DNA of 60,009 bases, filler included, from Dimargaris cristalligena (lineage: Eukaryota), in NCBI GenBank assembly GCA_003614675.1. It is 3 parts of 3 records of this genome, joined end to end, with 100 filler letters (N's around TTAATTAATTAA, not from the genome) between each part and the next. Parts side by side here need not be neighbours in the genome. Positions count along the whole stretch, not along the records: positions 40,083 to 60,009 come from ML002715.1; 2 more parts are not named here. One strand, written 5' to 3'. The stretch's first letter is position 1, and each line of letters starts with the position of its first letter. The notes under the pieces were generated by a model. That model did not search any database, was not told the origin of the DNA, and saw only the letters and a program-made list of their open reading frames with translations. This document shows, in pieces, positions 49,758 to 60,009 of this stretch. The position numbers and the translations under genes are program-made.

Positions 49758-52700
49758 GGCGTGAATGGGGGAGAGGGGTCACTTTAAATAGATGGAAAAT
49801 GTTGCGTGTGTGTGTGTGTATGTGTGTGTGCTCGATATACAAAGGAGGGTGAAAGAGGTTCAGCAATGCAATGAACAGATTAGCATTGGGAATAGAAGGA
49901 ATGTCGGTATAATTATGCAGTGGGTGCCATTGGTCCAAGGATCATATTCCGTGTTTTGGCTCTTTCCCTGCAACGAATGTGTACGTTTAATGGCTTGTTT
50001 ACAGTACCTATAGAGTCGTTATTTGTCAATAATCCTAAATGGCACCCAATGGACTCCCCCTACTACAAGCTAGGTAGCTACTTCTATCCATGCGAATATA
50101 TGTATTAAAAATCCACGTGACCAATTAAGCATCCTTAGCCCTTTGGGGGTAATGTTTCAAGGGAGGTGGGGTTGTTTACCGCAAAATGGGCCAAGTTGGC
50201 CAAGACTGGGGTCAAATTGAATCGAAGTAGGGGCTAGGCCCTTACATGTAAAATACAAGTCCAGAAAACGGCTACGAGCGAGCGAGTGACGGTGCTATTA
50301 TCGAGCAAAATACCCTTCGAATAGATTTCCGGTCGTCGCTGTCCGTTGTAGAGGGAGAATATCCCGGATAACAAAGGTGTAGCTAATAGCGGCACAACTC
50401 AGTAAGAGCCGGCCTAACCATGGGCCACATATTCACCGGTTAACCGAGAATATAATCGTACACTGCGCGTATCTCCCCTGGATTTCTCCGCCGGCCTCGT
50501 ACAGCAGCGCCATTACTAGTAAAAATATTCATGTGGATGGGGCGGGTGGGTCGAATAATCAATGTACTGAATGCAATTATCCCACCAAGCGCTAAAAGCA
50601 CGACCATGCCTTTCATTTTTGGATCGTTCATTTGGAGCCAATGATGCCTTTTTCGGCATTTATAAAAAGCGGCCGAAAGCCTTCGTATTTCTGATTGGCC
50701 TGGAGCGGTATTATATGCGGGCCAAAGATGGGCATATTGATTGGGAGGTATGGGGGAGGTAAATTACCTATATAGGTCATACATGGTGAAAGCGAAATTA
50801 CTCGGCAATCAGTTTACCTGATGAACTGGCAAGATTACTCCATGACTCTCTCTCATCACAAGTAATAATTGATATGTTTTTATATTTAGCCAATGATCAG
50901 TCTCACGGCGAAAAAAGATAATCAGGGATTAGGTGGGCGAATGCCAAATATCAAAGGTCAAATCTCCCAATATACCGAGTTACTATGGGTGGCAATCGTT
51001 GATGTTGCGATATACAGCGGCGGTGTTTATGGCCTATTAGATTAGCCAGGGTACAAGGATGGGAGTGGGTTGAATATAGTTGAGTGGTGTTCCAATTGGG
51101 ATGTACAGGATGCTTAAAGGTGAATACCAGGAAGATATGAAGCCCCAGCTTCTAGAACGGGATAGGGGTTGTGTCGTTGTTACTTTTCATGAAGGGTAAT
51201 GGCGGTGGTTAGGTGTCTAATATTCTCTACGTAATATGAAGCCATTGTGACGTTGGGGGTCAATTCGTACCTTCCCTTATACGTCTTGGTGCGCATTTCA
51301 TCTCGGACATATGATCGGGGTCGTTTATTCAGATTACAGCACGCCATTAATCTAACGACATTACCTGATCGAATCCCTATCGATCTCACCTATAATCACC
51401 CGGTCAGCTTACCCGACCTAAACAGGACTTTACCCGTGCGGTGTTCTACCGCCGTAATACACTTATCCCTCCCCGCATGAGCTTCATAGTCTACCAGGTC
51501 AAGGATGCATATCCGACCAGTTTAGTTATAATTCAACATAAAAGACCCCCAGCCCCTTAAAAAGGATATATGGTAAACGGCTATGAATCCTAGATTGGCC
51601 CTTTACTTCACGACCCATGCTCATGTGGGGGGAGGAGGAGGGACACGCTTCCTACATGAGGCGGATCCCCCGATGTTAAGGTCCTATGACGTGGGGCTTG
51701 GGACGAGCTATGTAGGTCCAGTGGCGGGTTAGCATTCGAACAAAGCCGTTGCCAAACACATTTAATACTGCCCAGCCTCAATAGCCGACCCACCTATCTT
51801 ATGTCATCCCCCCACTCCTTCCTTGCCAAGCGATGCATAGTCTCCATCCCGTAGTCTCATAGATATACGCTTGTTTTCGTCTGGCCACGTCAGGACTGTT
51901 CCCCCGGAGAATAGTTCCAGGGAAGGTGGGGGTGTGTGCACAACACCGCCGGATACAGGATACTCCACAGCGGCGGTTTTTTTTAAAAAAGCTGTAGTCA
52001 ATGGGGATGAAATCGGTGACAGTATTCCAATTAGCCTGTTTAGCTCATTGTGGCCAGACGGGGACACATGGGGATCGTCATCTACCTTCCTCACGGCATA
52101 TCTGCATTGAGGGAAATCAAAGGGGCAGTATTACTGTTAGGGAGGGAGCCGACTGTGGACAGTGTATCCAGGGGTGGGGAAATGAGTAACCAGATGGAGA
52201 AACTGTAGTGAACGCGATAGGGATCAGGGAGAGGCACATAATGAATCAATGTAAAGTGAAGGATTGGCTTCTTTCCATGGTGAGGAATTATGAATCGAAA
52301 TAAAAACGATAGAATTAGTCAAATTAGCGGTAGAGGGCCATGTGCGGCACCTGGAAGGGAGTGATTGTCCATGCGATGGAAATGAGAGCGGTTCTTTAAC
52401 CCAAACCGGACAGTGCTTCGCTTCTGCCGATTCCCCCCCATTCACATATACTGGTGTATATTCAAAACAACCCCATTTAGAAAAAGGGTTAAATCGTCGA
52501 TAATGATAAATGGGGCAGATTCCGCATGGCTTTCACTCCAAACCTTCTGACGTGCGCCCCTTGTGGCCAAGTATCAGTTTAGATATTCACAAATGGGAAT
52601 TGTTATTGTCCATCCACCATGTGGTCGCTTTATTAGTAACTATTAAGCCCCGTCTTACATGGCTTATTCCAAATATACCCCAGGTTCAGTCATATATATA

Positions 52701-52834
52701 CCAACCACTGTCCTACCTCGCCTTGCAATTTATTAACTACTCGCATTCTCGCTACTCACTTCCTCTATTATCTATTACTTGACTAGAACTATTCTATTCC
52801 TTTCAATCTTATTTCCTTTATCATAAATTCTACA

Positions 52835-54367
52835 ATGACCATGAATTTTACTGTTTCTCCCCTCCCGAATACCTCCCACATGGCCCAGTATCACCGACCT
52901 TCCCTACGTCGAACCGCCACCGATATCGGTTTTGGCGCCGACCCCGCATCCGGCCAAGGCCAGCTGGAATGTCCCAAATTAGAGGATCGGTCAGACCGGC
53001 CCACGTTTCGGTCACGGCTATCCAACCGCGCGTCTCACCCCGGTTACCAAGGGTCACCCCAGTCACGTAATTCAAAGCTCTTGCCTCCATCGTCCCCTTT
53101 CCGACCCCGGGTGATTAGCTATTATAAGGGCCAGCCTCGGGCCTCCTGTATGGTACGTACATACTGATTTAAGCAATCCGATTGCTTTATTTTTGCTTTA
53201 GTGGTAGTTGAGTTGAAGCCCCGGAGTCGGTGAGCATCAAGGACTTCTTATAATAACGATGAAGGGGGGGAAGGTAGATGTCGATCATTTCCGGCAAGAT
53301 TGATAGTATGCAAATATACGCACCTGTCCCCCCTAAAATCAGTCCTTTCCATTAGTTTGATTTCTCAGGCTCTACTGGTGTATCTTCTTAATGCATCTCC
53401 AGGAGGTTCGGTGTCCATCTTAATTAGCGAAATTAATCCCTTCGGCCTTTCTTGACGCCCCGTCTTTGACCGGCCTTGCCTAACACCCATCACTTATATA
53501 CAATTTTTACTATCCTCTATTATATCCAACAGGCCCCGCGAACAGTAGCCGAACAGCTCCTTAATCAGTCCGAGTCTGTGGTCATGCCAGGCATCCTGTC
53601 TGACTTGGACCGACCGAGATTGGCGACCCTCACTCCCCAAATCGACAGTAAGCCCGAAATAACCGTGATTCGGCCAGTCAATCTTGCTGATATTTTGGAT
53701 TTTGACGAGCCTCGGCCATCTGTCACCCCCAACGACCGCTCGGTGAGCCTAGCCGAATATGTCTCTCTGCTGTGGTACGGGGATGGACTTCCCCGGCGCC
53801 ACTGGAAAGTAAGTACTACACCCACTTCCATCCCGATAGCCGGGTGGCCGAAATACTTAATGTTCTGTTAGTACGGGGTATTTTGCTTTTGGCTTTACCT
53901 TTACGGTTTGTTACACTGGTTGGGCCATAGTCGGTCGAAATGTCAGAGATTTCCTCAAATTAATAATCCATCGGGGATTATTTCTTGGATTATTTTTTAT
54001 TTTCCACCAGAATGACCAAGAGACCAATCAGTGCGACTACCACGCCTGCGGTCGCCGATTCCATATGCTCTCCCGTCGCCACCACTGTCGTCTGTAAGTA
54101 TCACCCCTAGTTAAAGAAAAACTCACACTATATTTAGATGTTCGGTTCGGTTCATTGTAATTTACGTAGCTAATTACGATTTCACCCTCCTCATATTCAC
54201 TATATTTTATTGCCATGTCTAGATGCGGCTATATTTTTTGCGGCAGCTGTTCTGCCCATACTGTGTTTCTACTTTACGACCTATCTTTTAGTCCAACTCA
54301 CGGTACCCCTACACGCGCGTGTAAGTGTTGCTATAAACGCTATGTTGACGAAACTCACAGGCCTTAG
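52835..54367 (+). CDS. FYVE zinc-finger protein (273 aa); exons 52835-53152, 53533-53808, 54011-54093, 54223-54367
   Basis: Spliced HWKNDQETNQCDYHACGRRFHMLSRRHHCRLCGYIFCGSCS...RACKCCY carries the WxxD, RRHHCR and RxC PI3P-binding signatures. Confidence 0.88.
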
Positions 54368-56026
54368 GATGGATGCAGCCTTGAGTGTCTTTCAGGTTTC
54401 GCTAGGTCAGTAGGTTCATCCTTTTAGAATTGACCCCCGCCCCTAAAAGTTAAGACAGCCAGCTATCAACGCCATGTTATTTAACACGATTGGCAACCGC
54501 CTCAAAGTCGTTTGTTATGACCATTGTATTTTTTTCTAGTTATCCTTATAGACCGATTGTGGGCCATTCCTGTCCACTTTTCATTACCATGTCTTGAACT
54601 TTGTCAGACGATTTTTGGTGTCTGCTCTGATATAATGTATTTATGTATATCTTCCCACTGGTGGGTTATTTATTAAGTTTCAAGTAAATTCCTGAAATAA
54701 AGGTGGTTTCGATAAACCCATATACCCTGAACCTATTGTGTGGCATTTTTAAGGGTAGTATATATCGATACTATATCCATTGGAATTAAGAATACATAGT
54801 TTTGACAGGTGGAGTTGATGTTTTAGATAATTTAAATTGTAAATGAATTGCTGGTATTGTGGGTGGTAGTATGTGGGTATTTATAGGCTTCTGTAGCCCA
54901 ATGGGGTCGGTGTGGGTGGGCGTCCTTCAGTGCTTAATTAGACCGCCCAGTTCACGCCAATCATAAGCTCGAATGGTTAGTTAACTTAATTACTGTCGGT
55001 TGGTGAATCCCTTTATTCGCAATCATATTTTGAAGTGTTCAAACTGATGACGGGATATTAGATTCGTCAGGTATTCATCGGTACCCCGAGAAATAGGCGT
55101 ATTCATGACACTAATCTTACTCTATAAACGAAGATAAATCGGGGTTTAAACTGGCGAGAAGGTTCCAAGGCGAATTACGTAACAGATATGTTTTACTCAG
55201 TGTACACATAATACACTAATGACTAAGCGGAACTGGGTTGGCCGGGGTGCGGTTTAACAGTGGCCTCTTGTCCCTAGCACCGTATATCACAGCAACGACT
55301 ACTATAAGGGTGGCCGGTGTCTGTGGGGTGTCGTGAAGCCTGATGCTCGGGTGGTCAGAAAACTGTACGTGAATGGTAGGTTAGATACGCATACCCAGTT
55401 TCGGGAAATGTGCCCAGGAATAAATGAGGTGCTATTGTCGAAGGAGGGAATATTAAAGGTGCATATCAGGTACTATCATCTACTATGGTATACTTGTTGG
55501 AGTGAATATAGTACTTGAATTCAAGCTACACTGGTGAAGAGTAGTGGCGAATATTCCTATAGCGAGTGGATCCTGTTCATCGAATATCCAAAGGATTAGA
55601 TTTGATGATACTACCAGCCTCAACTAGAGTCCGGTTAATAGCCTAAGGGGTGCTTTCACGAAGCTATTGGTGCTACAGAATATCATATCATAGTGGCTAC
55701 TTTTAATCGCCGCGTAACACTTTGGCACTACCGTAGGCCTCTCTGACACATTATTGTTGTTCATATGGGTAAACGGCTGCGGCAGTTGTTAAACACCTTC
55801 AAAGTCATACAGTTTGCCAGGCCGTTGGTCTGAAACCTACTCCTCGTTCTTGTCTTTGCTGTTTTCTACGCCCTCGGGTTTTTGAAACGCATTCCGAACT
55901 TGCTTATACCTAACCTCCGAGAGTTTCATTTCCTACCCATTGTTTTCTTCTCCCTTAACGGTGTTATTTCCCGCGCATTTAGGCCGTCAGCTTACATTCT
56001 CTTTGTTTCACCCAACCGTTACGACA

Positions 56027-57790
56027 ATGCAAACTATGCAGTTTGGCTCCCGATTCCCTGGGCGTATGTGGGTCTTTTCCCCTACCTCGGGTCTTTACCC
56101 CCGTTCACTGACTCGAACCGCCCATTATGCAATGGGGCTCGGGCGTGCCGGGGTAGCTCGGTCCAGTTTGACCCCATCCTCGTCTCCCTCACTAAGTGCC
56201 TCTATCGCCATGCCCAAGCGCCCCATTTCGTTTCAAATTATCACCCCTCCGTCACCACGTCGGTTCACTAATAAACCCTTGCGCCCTTCTAAACAACTGG
56301 TGCGCTACATGGCCGCCGGTGGGGTGGTTATGGGTGTTTATTACGTGGCCCACCTTGAAGAAGCCCCCATCAGTGGTCGGCGGCGATTCATGGCGGTCTC
56401 TAATGAAGATGTCGAGAATATGGCTAAACATTCGTATCAGGAAATTATGCGCGAATTCGGCCACCAAATGTTGCCGGCCAGCCATCGGGTAAGTTCGAAT
56501 GCCGTATAAAAAAAAGGAAAGCTGTCTTGGGCAGCCAATGGGTATCGTGAGACCTCTATTTTCTCATTAATTTATTGGAAGAGAAGATCAATATTCTCGG
56601 ATTTACTTTGCTTTTGGAGGAATCTAGACCTTATCGGAGTGAAGGCCAGTCATATTAATCCGGTATCCCCTTATTACTATGCGTATATATCGGTCGATAT
56701 ATTTAACGTTGCCATGATCGGCTATAATGCAAAATGCCCCTGTAGTACACCGCATTTGTTCGGCGAGTGGCTACTCGAATTATAAAAGGTTAGTAATACC
56801 GATAACTGTACAACTGTCGCTTTTCTGAGGATACTAACTAGTATGAACATACGTCCACAAGCGAGCGAAAGCATAGCACTGTTCATTTTAATTTCTTAAT
56901 GAAAAGTCCGGGTTTTTATTTATTCCAACCCCGCTGTACTAATCTATTGATACAATACCCCGCCATTGGGTCTGTCCGCTTTGTACGCTGTTTTATATCA
57001 TCCCCACCCAACCAGCGGGCGGTATGGAGAACTTAGACTGGGAATTCCATGTAATCGAGTCTCCCGAGGCCAATGCCTTCGTTATCCCTGGCGGTAAAGT
57101 ATTTGTGTTTACGGGCCTCCTCCCCATCGTAAAGAACGAGGACGGCCTGGCCACCGTACTGGGCCACGAAATTGCCCATCAACTGCTGGGCCACCACGCC
57201 GAACGCATGTCGTACGGCCAATTTCTATCCATAATCCAGATGATAGTGAGTATCTTTTTTGACCCCACCTTTTCGGGCTTCAACCGCATGTTTTTGGAAC
57301 TGGGCATTTTGTTACCCAACAGTCGGAAATGTGAAACCGAGGCGGACCATGTCGGCCTTCAGTTGATGGCCCAGGCATGCTTTGATCCCCAGGCGGCCAT
57401 TGGGGTGTGGGAGCGAATGGCGAAATTGAACAAATTTAAAGGTAGTTTCGAGTATTTGCAAACGCACCCGAGCAGTGAGGGTCGCATCGAAAAGATGCGC
57501 AAATGGATGCCAGAAGCCGAACAGAAACGGGCCGATTCCGACTGTCAGCAAGGTAGGTCTTCTTCCTCTATGATTGTAGGGCACCAAAAGATAACAGCCT
57601 ATCCTTCAACCATTCCCGCTTTTTGAATGTCACATCAGTTACATTTTACAGGACCCCTTCAAGTTTAGATATCCGCCCAATCACCTTTACTCACCATATT
57701 CCGAATTATACTCCTATTTTGATACGATTTTAACCAACAGAGGCCTTCTACCTTACCCAAATGTTCCCTAACTATAGTGTCCGTTGGTGA
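56027..57790 (+). CDS. OMA1: Mitochondrial M48 metalloendopeptidase Oma1; exons 56027-56488, 56746-56788, 57016-57552, 57741-57790 (last exon inferred)
   Basis: HLEEAPISGRRRF, NAFVIPGGKVFVFTGLL, LGHEIAH zinc motif, SRKCETEAD, YLQTHPS. Confidence 0.93.
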
Positions 57791-57966
57791 GCTCTTTTGG
57801 ACATCAGTGTCATTGGATCAATTGCTGAAATACGGCATACTTGGATTAGAAGACATCGGCTTTTAACTATATAAGCAGCACCCTAGAAATCTGTGAATTG
57901 TGAATAAACGATAATAAACTAGCACTGATTAATGTACAGAAGTAGAACCTGCTAGACCCAAGTGGT

Positions 57967-58932
57967 CTAGTTAGGCTCCTCGGAATCAAAATAGGCCTCC
58001 TCGACTTCATCATCGCAGGCCCGAATATCGTCGTACAGTTCATTGTCGTCAACGACGGAGTAGTCGAAGTCCCGGTCGAGGCCAGCCAGGAATCTCCGTT
58101 CGGAAATCTGAATCAAATCGAGTTCGAGTTCCTTTAAATCAGCGGCAGACAGCTGGGGTGATGGTGGGGTCGATGTTGTTGACGCTGACATTGGTGAAAG
58201 ACCGACTGTTCTATTGTCCGTAATTTCGGTCCTCGGCGGTGGATACTGAGTGTTAGGTGAATTGTAAGGGGATAATGGAGATGCTTGCTTGATTGATAGT
58301 TCCGGACCAGCTGAAGCGGGAGGAGGGCTAACCTCTGGTGGGGGTTGGATGCGGGGGGCTGTTGGCTGGGATAAATTGCTAGGAGAATTTCTAGACATGA
58401 GTCGTGAAAATGCTGCTAACATTTCGGGACCAGTTTCGTCACCGTCTTCGCTGTCGGAATCGTTTTCTTCCCAGGAATCCCTATCCCATTCCCTGGTCTG
58501 CCTAGGAAATTGTTGGGGCCAAGAGGTCAAGTCGGACGAAGCGGGGGGCTGATTAGTTGCCATATCGAAGGGGGGGCTATTTTCCTCATGGTTGGTAGAG
58601 GAATCCGCAACGCCCTTTTTTTGCGGTTGCCCCTTTACCCTTGGTACCGATCCTTGCCTGTTCTGTTTGGGCAGTTTTTGGTCATCGAGGACAGCCTGGT
58701 AGGCAATCTGCCAGTCAATATCGGCATACATACGCTCGACTAAACCCAGGTTGTCCGGAAATGGCTGGCTACCCTCATCGGGTTCGAATTGGCCTAGGTG
58801 GTGATGGTATAGTACGGGATCCCGTTGACGGAGGGCGGCTTTATCAAAATAACCCTCAGGATGAAGCACAGTGCGCAAATAGTATAGGCGCCGTTTGTAG
58901 GCGATTGAGGAAGGCGGTGCTGGTACTCCCAT
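57967..58932 (-). CDS. CCDC97-like (DUF2052) protein
   Basis: KRRLYYL...GYFDKAALRQRDPVLYHHHLGQF and C-terminal RFLAGLDRDFDYSVVDDNELYDD...EEAYFDSEEP. Confidence 0.85.
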   Translation of the reverse strand: MGVPAPPSSIAYKRRLYYLRTVLHPEGYFDKAALRQRDPVLYHHHLGQFEPDEGSQPFPDNLGLVERMYADIDWQIAYQAVLDDQKLPKQNRQGSVPRVKGQPQKKGVADSSTNHEENSPPFDMATNQPPASSDLTSWPQQFPRQTREWDRDSWEENDSDSEDGDETGPEMLAAFSRLMSRNSPSNLSQPTAPRIQPPPEVSPPPASAGPELSIKQASPLSPYNSPNTQYPPPRTEITDNRTVGLSPMSASTTSTPPSPQLSAADLKELELDLIQISERRFLAGLDRDFDYSVVDDNELYDDIRACDDEVEEAYFDSEEPN

Positions 58933-60009
58933 GTAATAATAACAATTTAGGGAAACGTCAATGGTTAAATGTAAAAAAGGTCATAGACTGTTAGCATTAA
59001 AAACAAGTATGAGGAAAGAAAAGACCCACGTTTATTGATTGACTATTGATTCACTATATATGTCCCATAATGGGTTTACTATTGGTTAGTCCTCTAACAT
59101 AGAGGGTAGGTGGGTGGATTTCATTACAGCCTAATAGTGGAGGGTGTATATATTTGTTGGTTTGGGCTTAATCAATGGTTTGTTTATCACCCACCAAAAA
59201 TCCCAAATTGACATCATTCAGATCATAATCCGGTTTTTAAGCTATATCATTTTTTGTCAATTTATTAAAAGGGAAAAGCACTGATACTGCACTGGAATAT
59301 AGAATAGAACTTAGTTATCTACCATTTTTCTAAAAAACCACAACTCCAAATTACTAATGTATCTAAAAAAAAACTACATTCTCAGTACCTACTTTTTTAG
59401 GCCTTTTATTATGCTGTCTCTTAAAAAATCATAGCCTTCAGTGGTACCTATACTCAGGCCCAGGTCACTGGGACATCCTTAGGACTGGTCTTATAGGAAT
59501 ACCCAATCTTCAAGTATCCAGTGGCCCCATAATACCTCCAGTAACCAGGCTATTAAGTTTATTAGAATAAATGTTACCCAGGTTAACCACTCTTAGTTCA
59601 TCAAGAGTCCCGAGGATAGGCTTCTAACAGTAGACAGGGCTTAGGCTCAGCCAAGTGGGTCCTAGCATTAGGATGGGGTAAGGTGCTAACTAATAAAGGC
59701 TACTAAATACAGGTATACACAAGGGATGTGCAGGAGGCATACTTACTAGTTAATACAAGGGGGGTGAGTGTATATACAGTTTCTTAGGATAAACAAGGAG
59801 GTAAGAATAAGCTAAGGAATTAAACTAGTCCCAGTGGGGCCTAGTTATATATATACAAGGGGCAACTCCAGAGGGAGGTCCCCAGGGAAGGATACTACTA
59901 AGACTAAGTGTGGTGAACTTACCACATTTTTTACCTACTTTTATTTTTAATCCATTTTTCACACTTATCGGAAGTACGCCCCTGACAAGTGAATGAGCCC
60001 CTGCCCCTG

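Noticed and set aside
52835..54367. FYVE gene as the missing half of a split ANCHR
   Set aside because: It is on a different contig, and its FYVE is canonical (WxxD, RRHHCR), unlike the atypical ZFYVE19 FYVE.
55044..55110. CTGATGA...GAAA hammerhead ribozyme-like core
   Set aside because: There is an extra A before GAAA, no G-C closing pair on stem II and no stem I next to the core.
1..60009. CRISPR arrays, rRNA, intact transposase or reverse transcriptase genes, prokaryotic operons
   Set aside because: No repeat-spacer arrays, rRNA signatures or RT/integrase/DDE motifs were seen; the genes are spliced eukaryotic genes.

Overview
Eukaryotic, intron-rich fungal genomic DNA. Gene content, GT-AG introns with CTAAC/CTAAT branch sites and a 161-aa tropomyosin suggest an early-diverging fungus, plausibly Zoopagomycota; that taxon call is inference only. 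The window is three unrelated contigs (1-19944, 20045-39982, 40083-60009) joined by artificial 100-nt N44-TTAATTAATTAA-N44 linkers. Reading splice sites by hand gives these genes. Contig 1: RAV1 (5' part), a three-exon 918-aa STIL/SAS-5/Ana2-like centriole-assembly homolog that the ORF track shows as three separate ORFs, SMC2, and a small signal-peptide + F-box-like gene. Contig 2: tropomyosin, ABD1, APS3, EAF6, an ANCHR/ZFYVE19-like B-box protein and a non-RD CAMK-group kinase with a Cys-rich activation loop. Contig 3: a TRIC/TMEM38-like channel, a mitochondrial PPR protein, CTF18, a FYVE protein, OMA1 and a CCDC97-like gene. There are also three tRNA genes (Asn partial, Pro, Ser with intron). 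Top lead: the STIL-like gene, which keeps the N-domain, a CR2-like motif, the coiled coil and a STAN-like tail in the animal order. Other leads: the putative secreted F-box effector and a strongly CpG-depleted contig end. All homology calls come from motif recall, not database searches.
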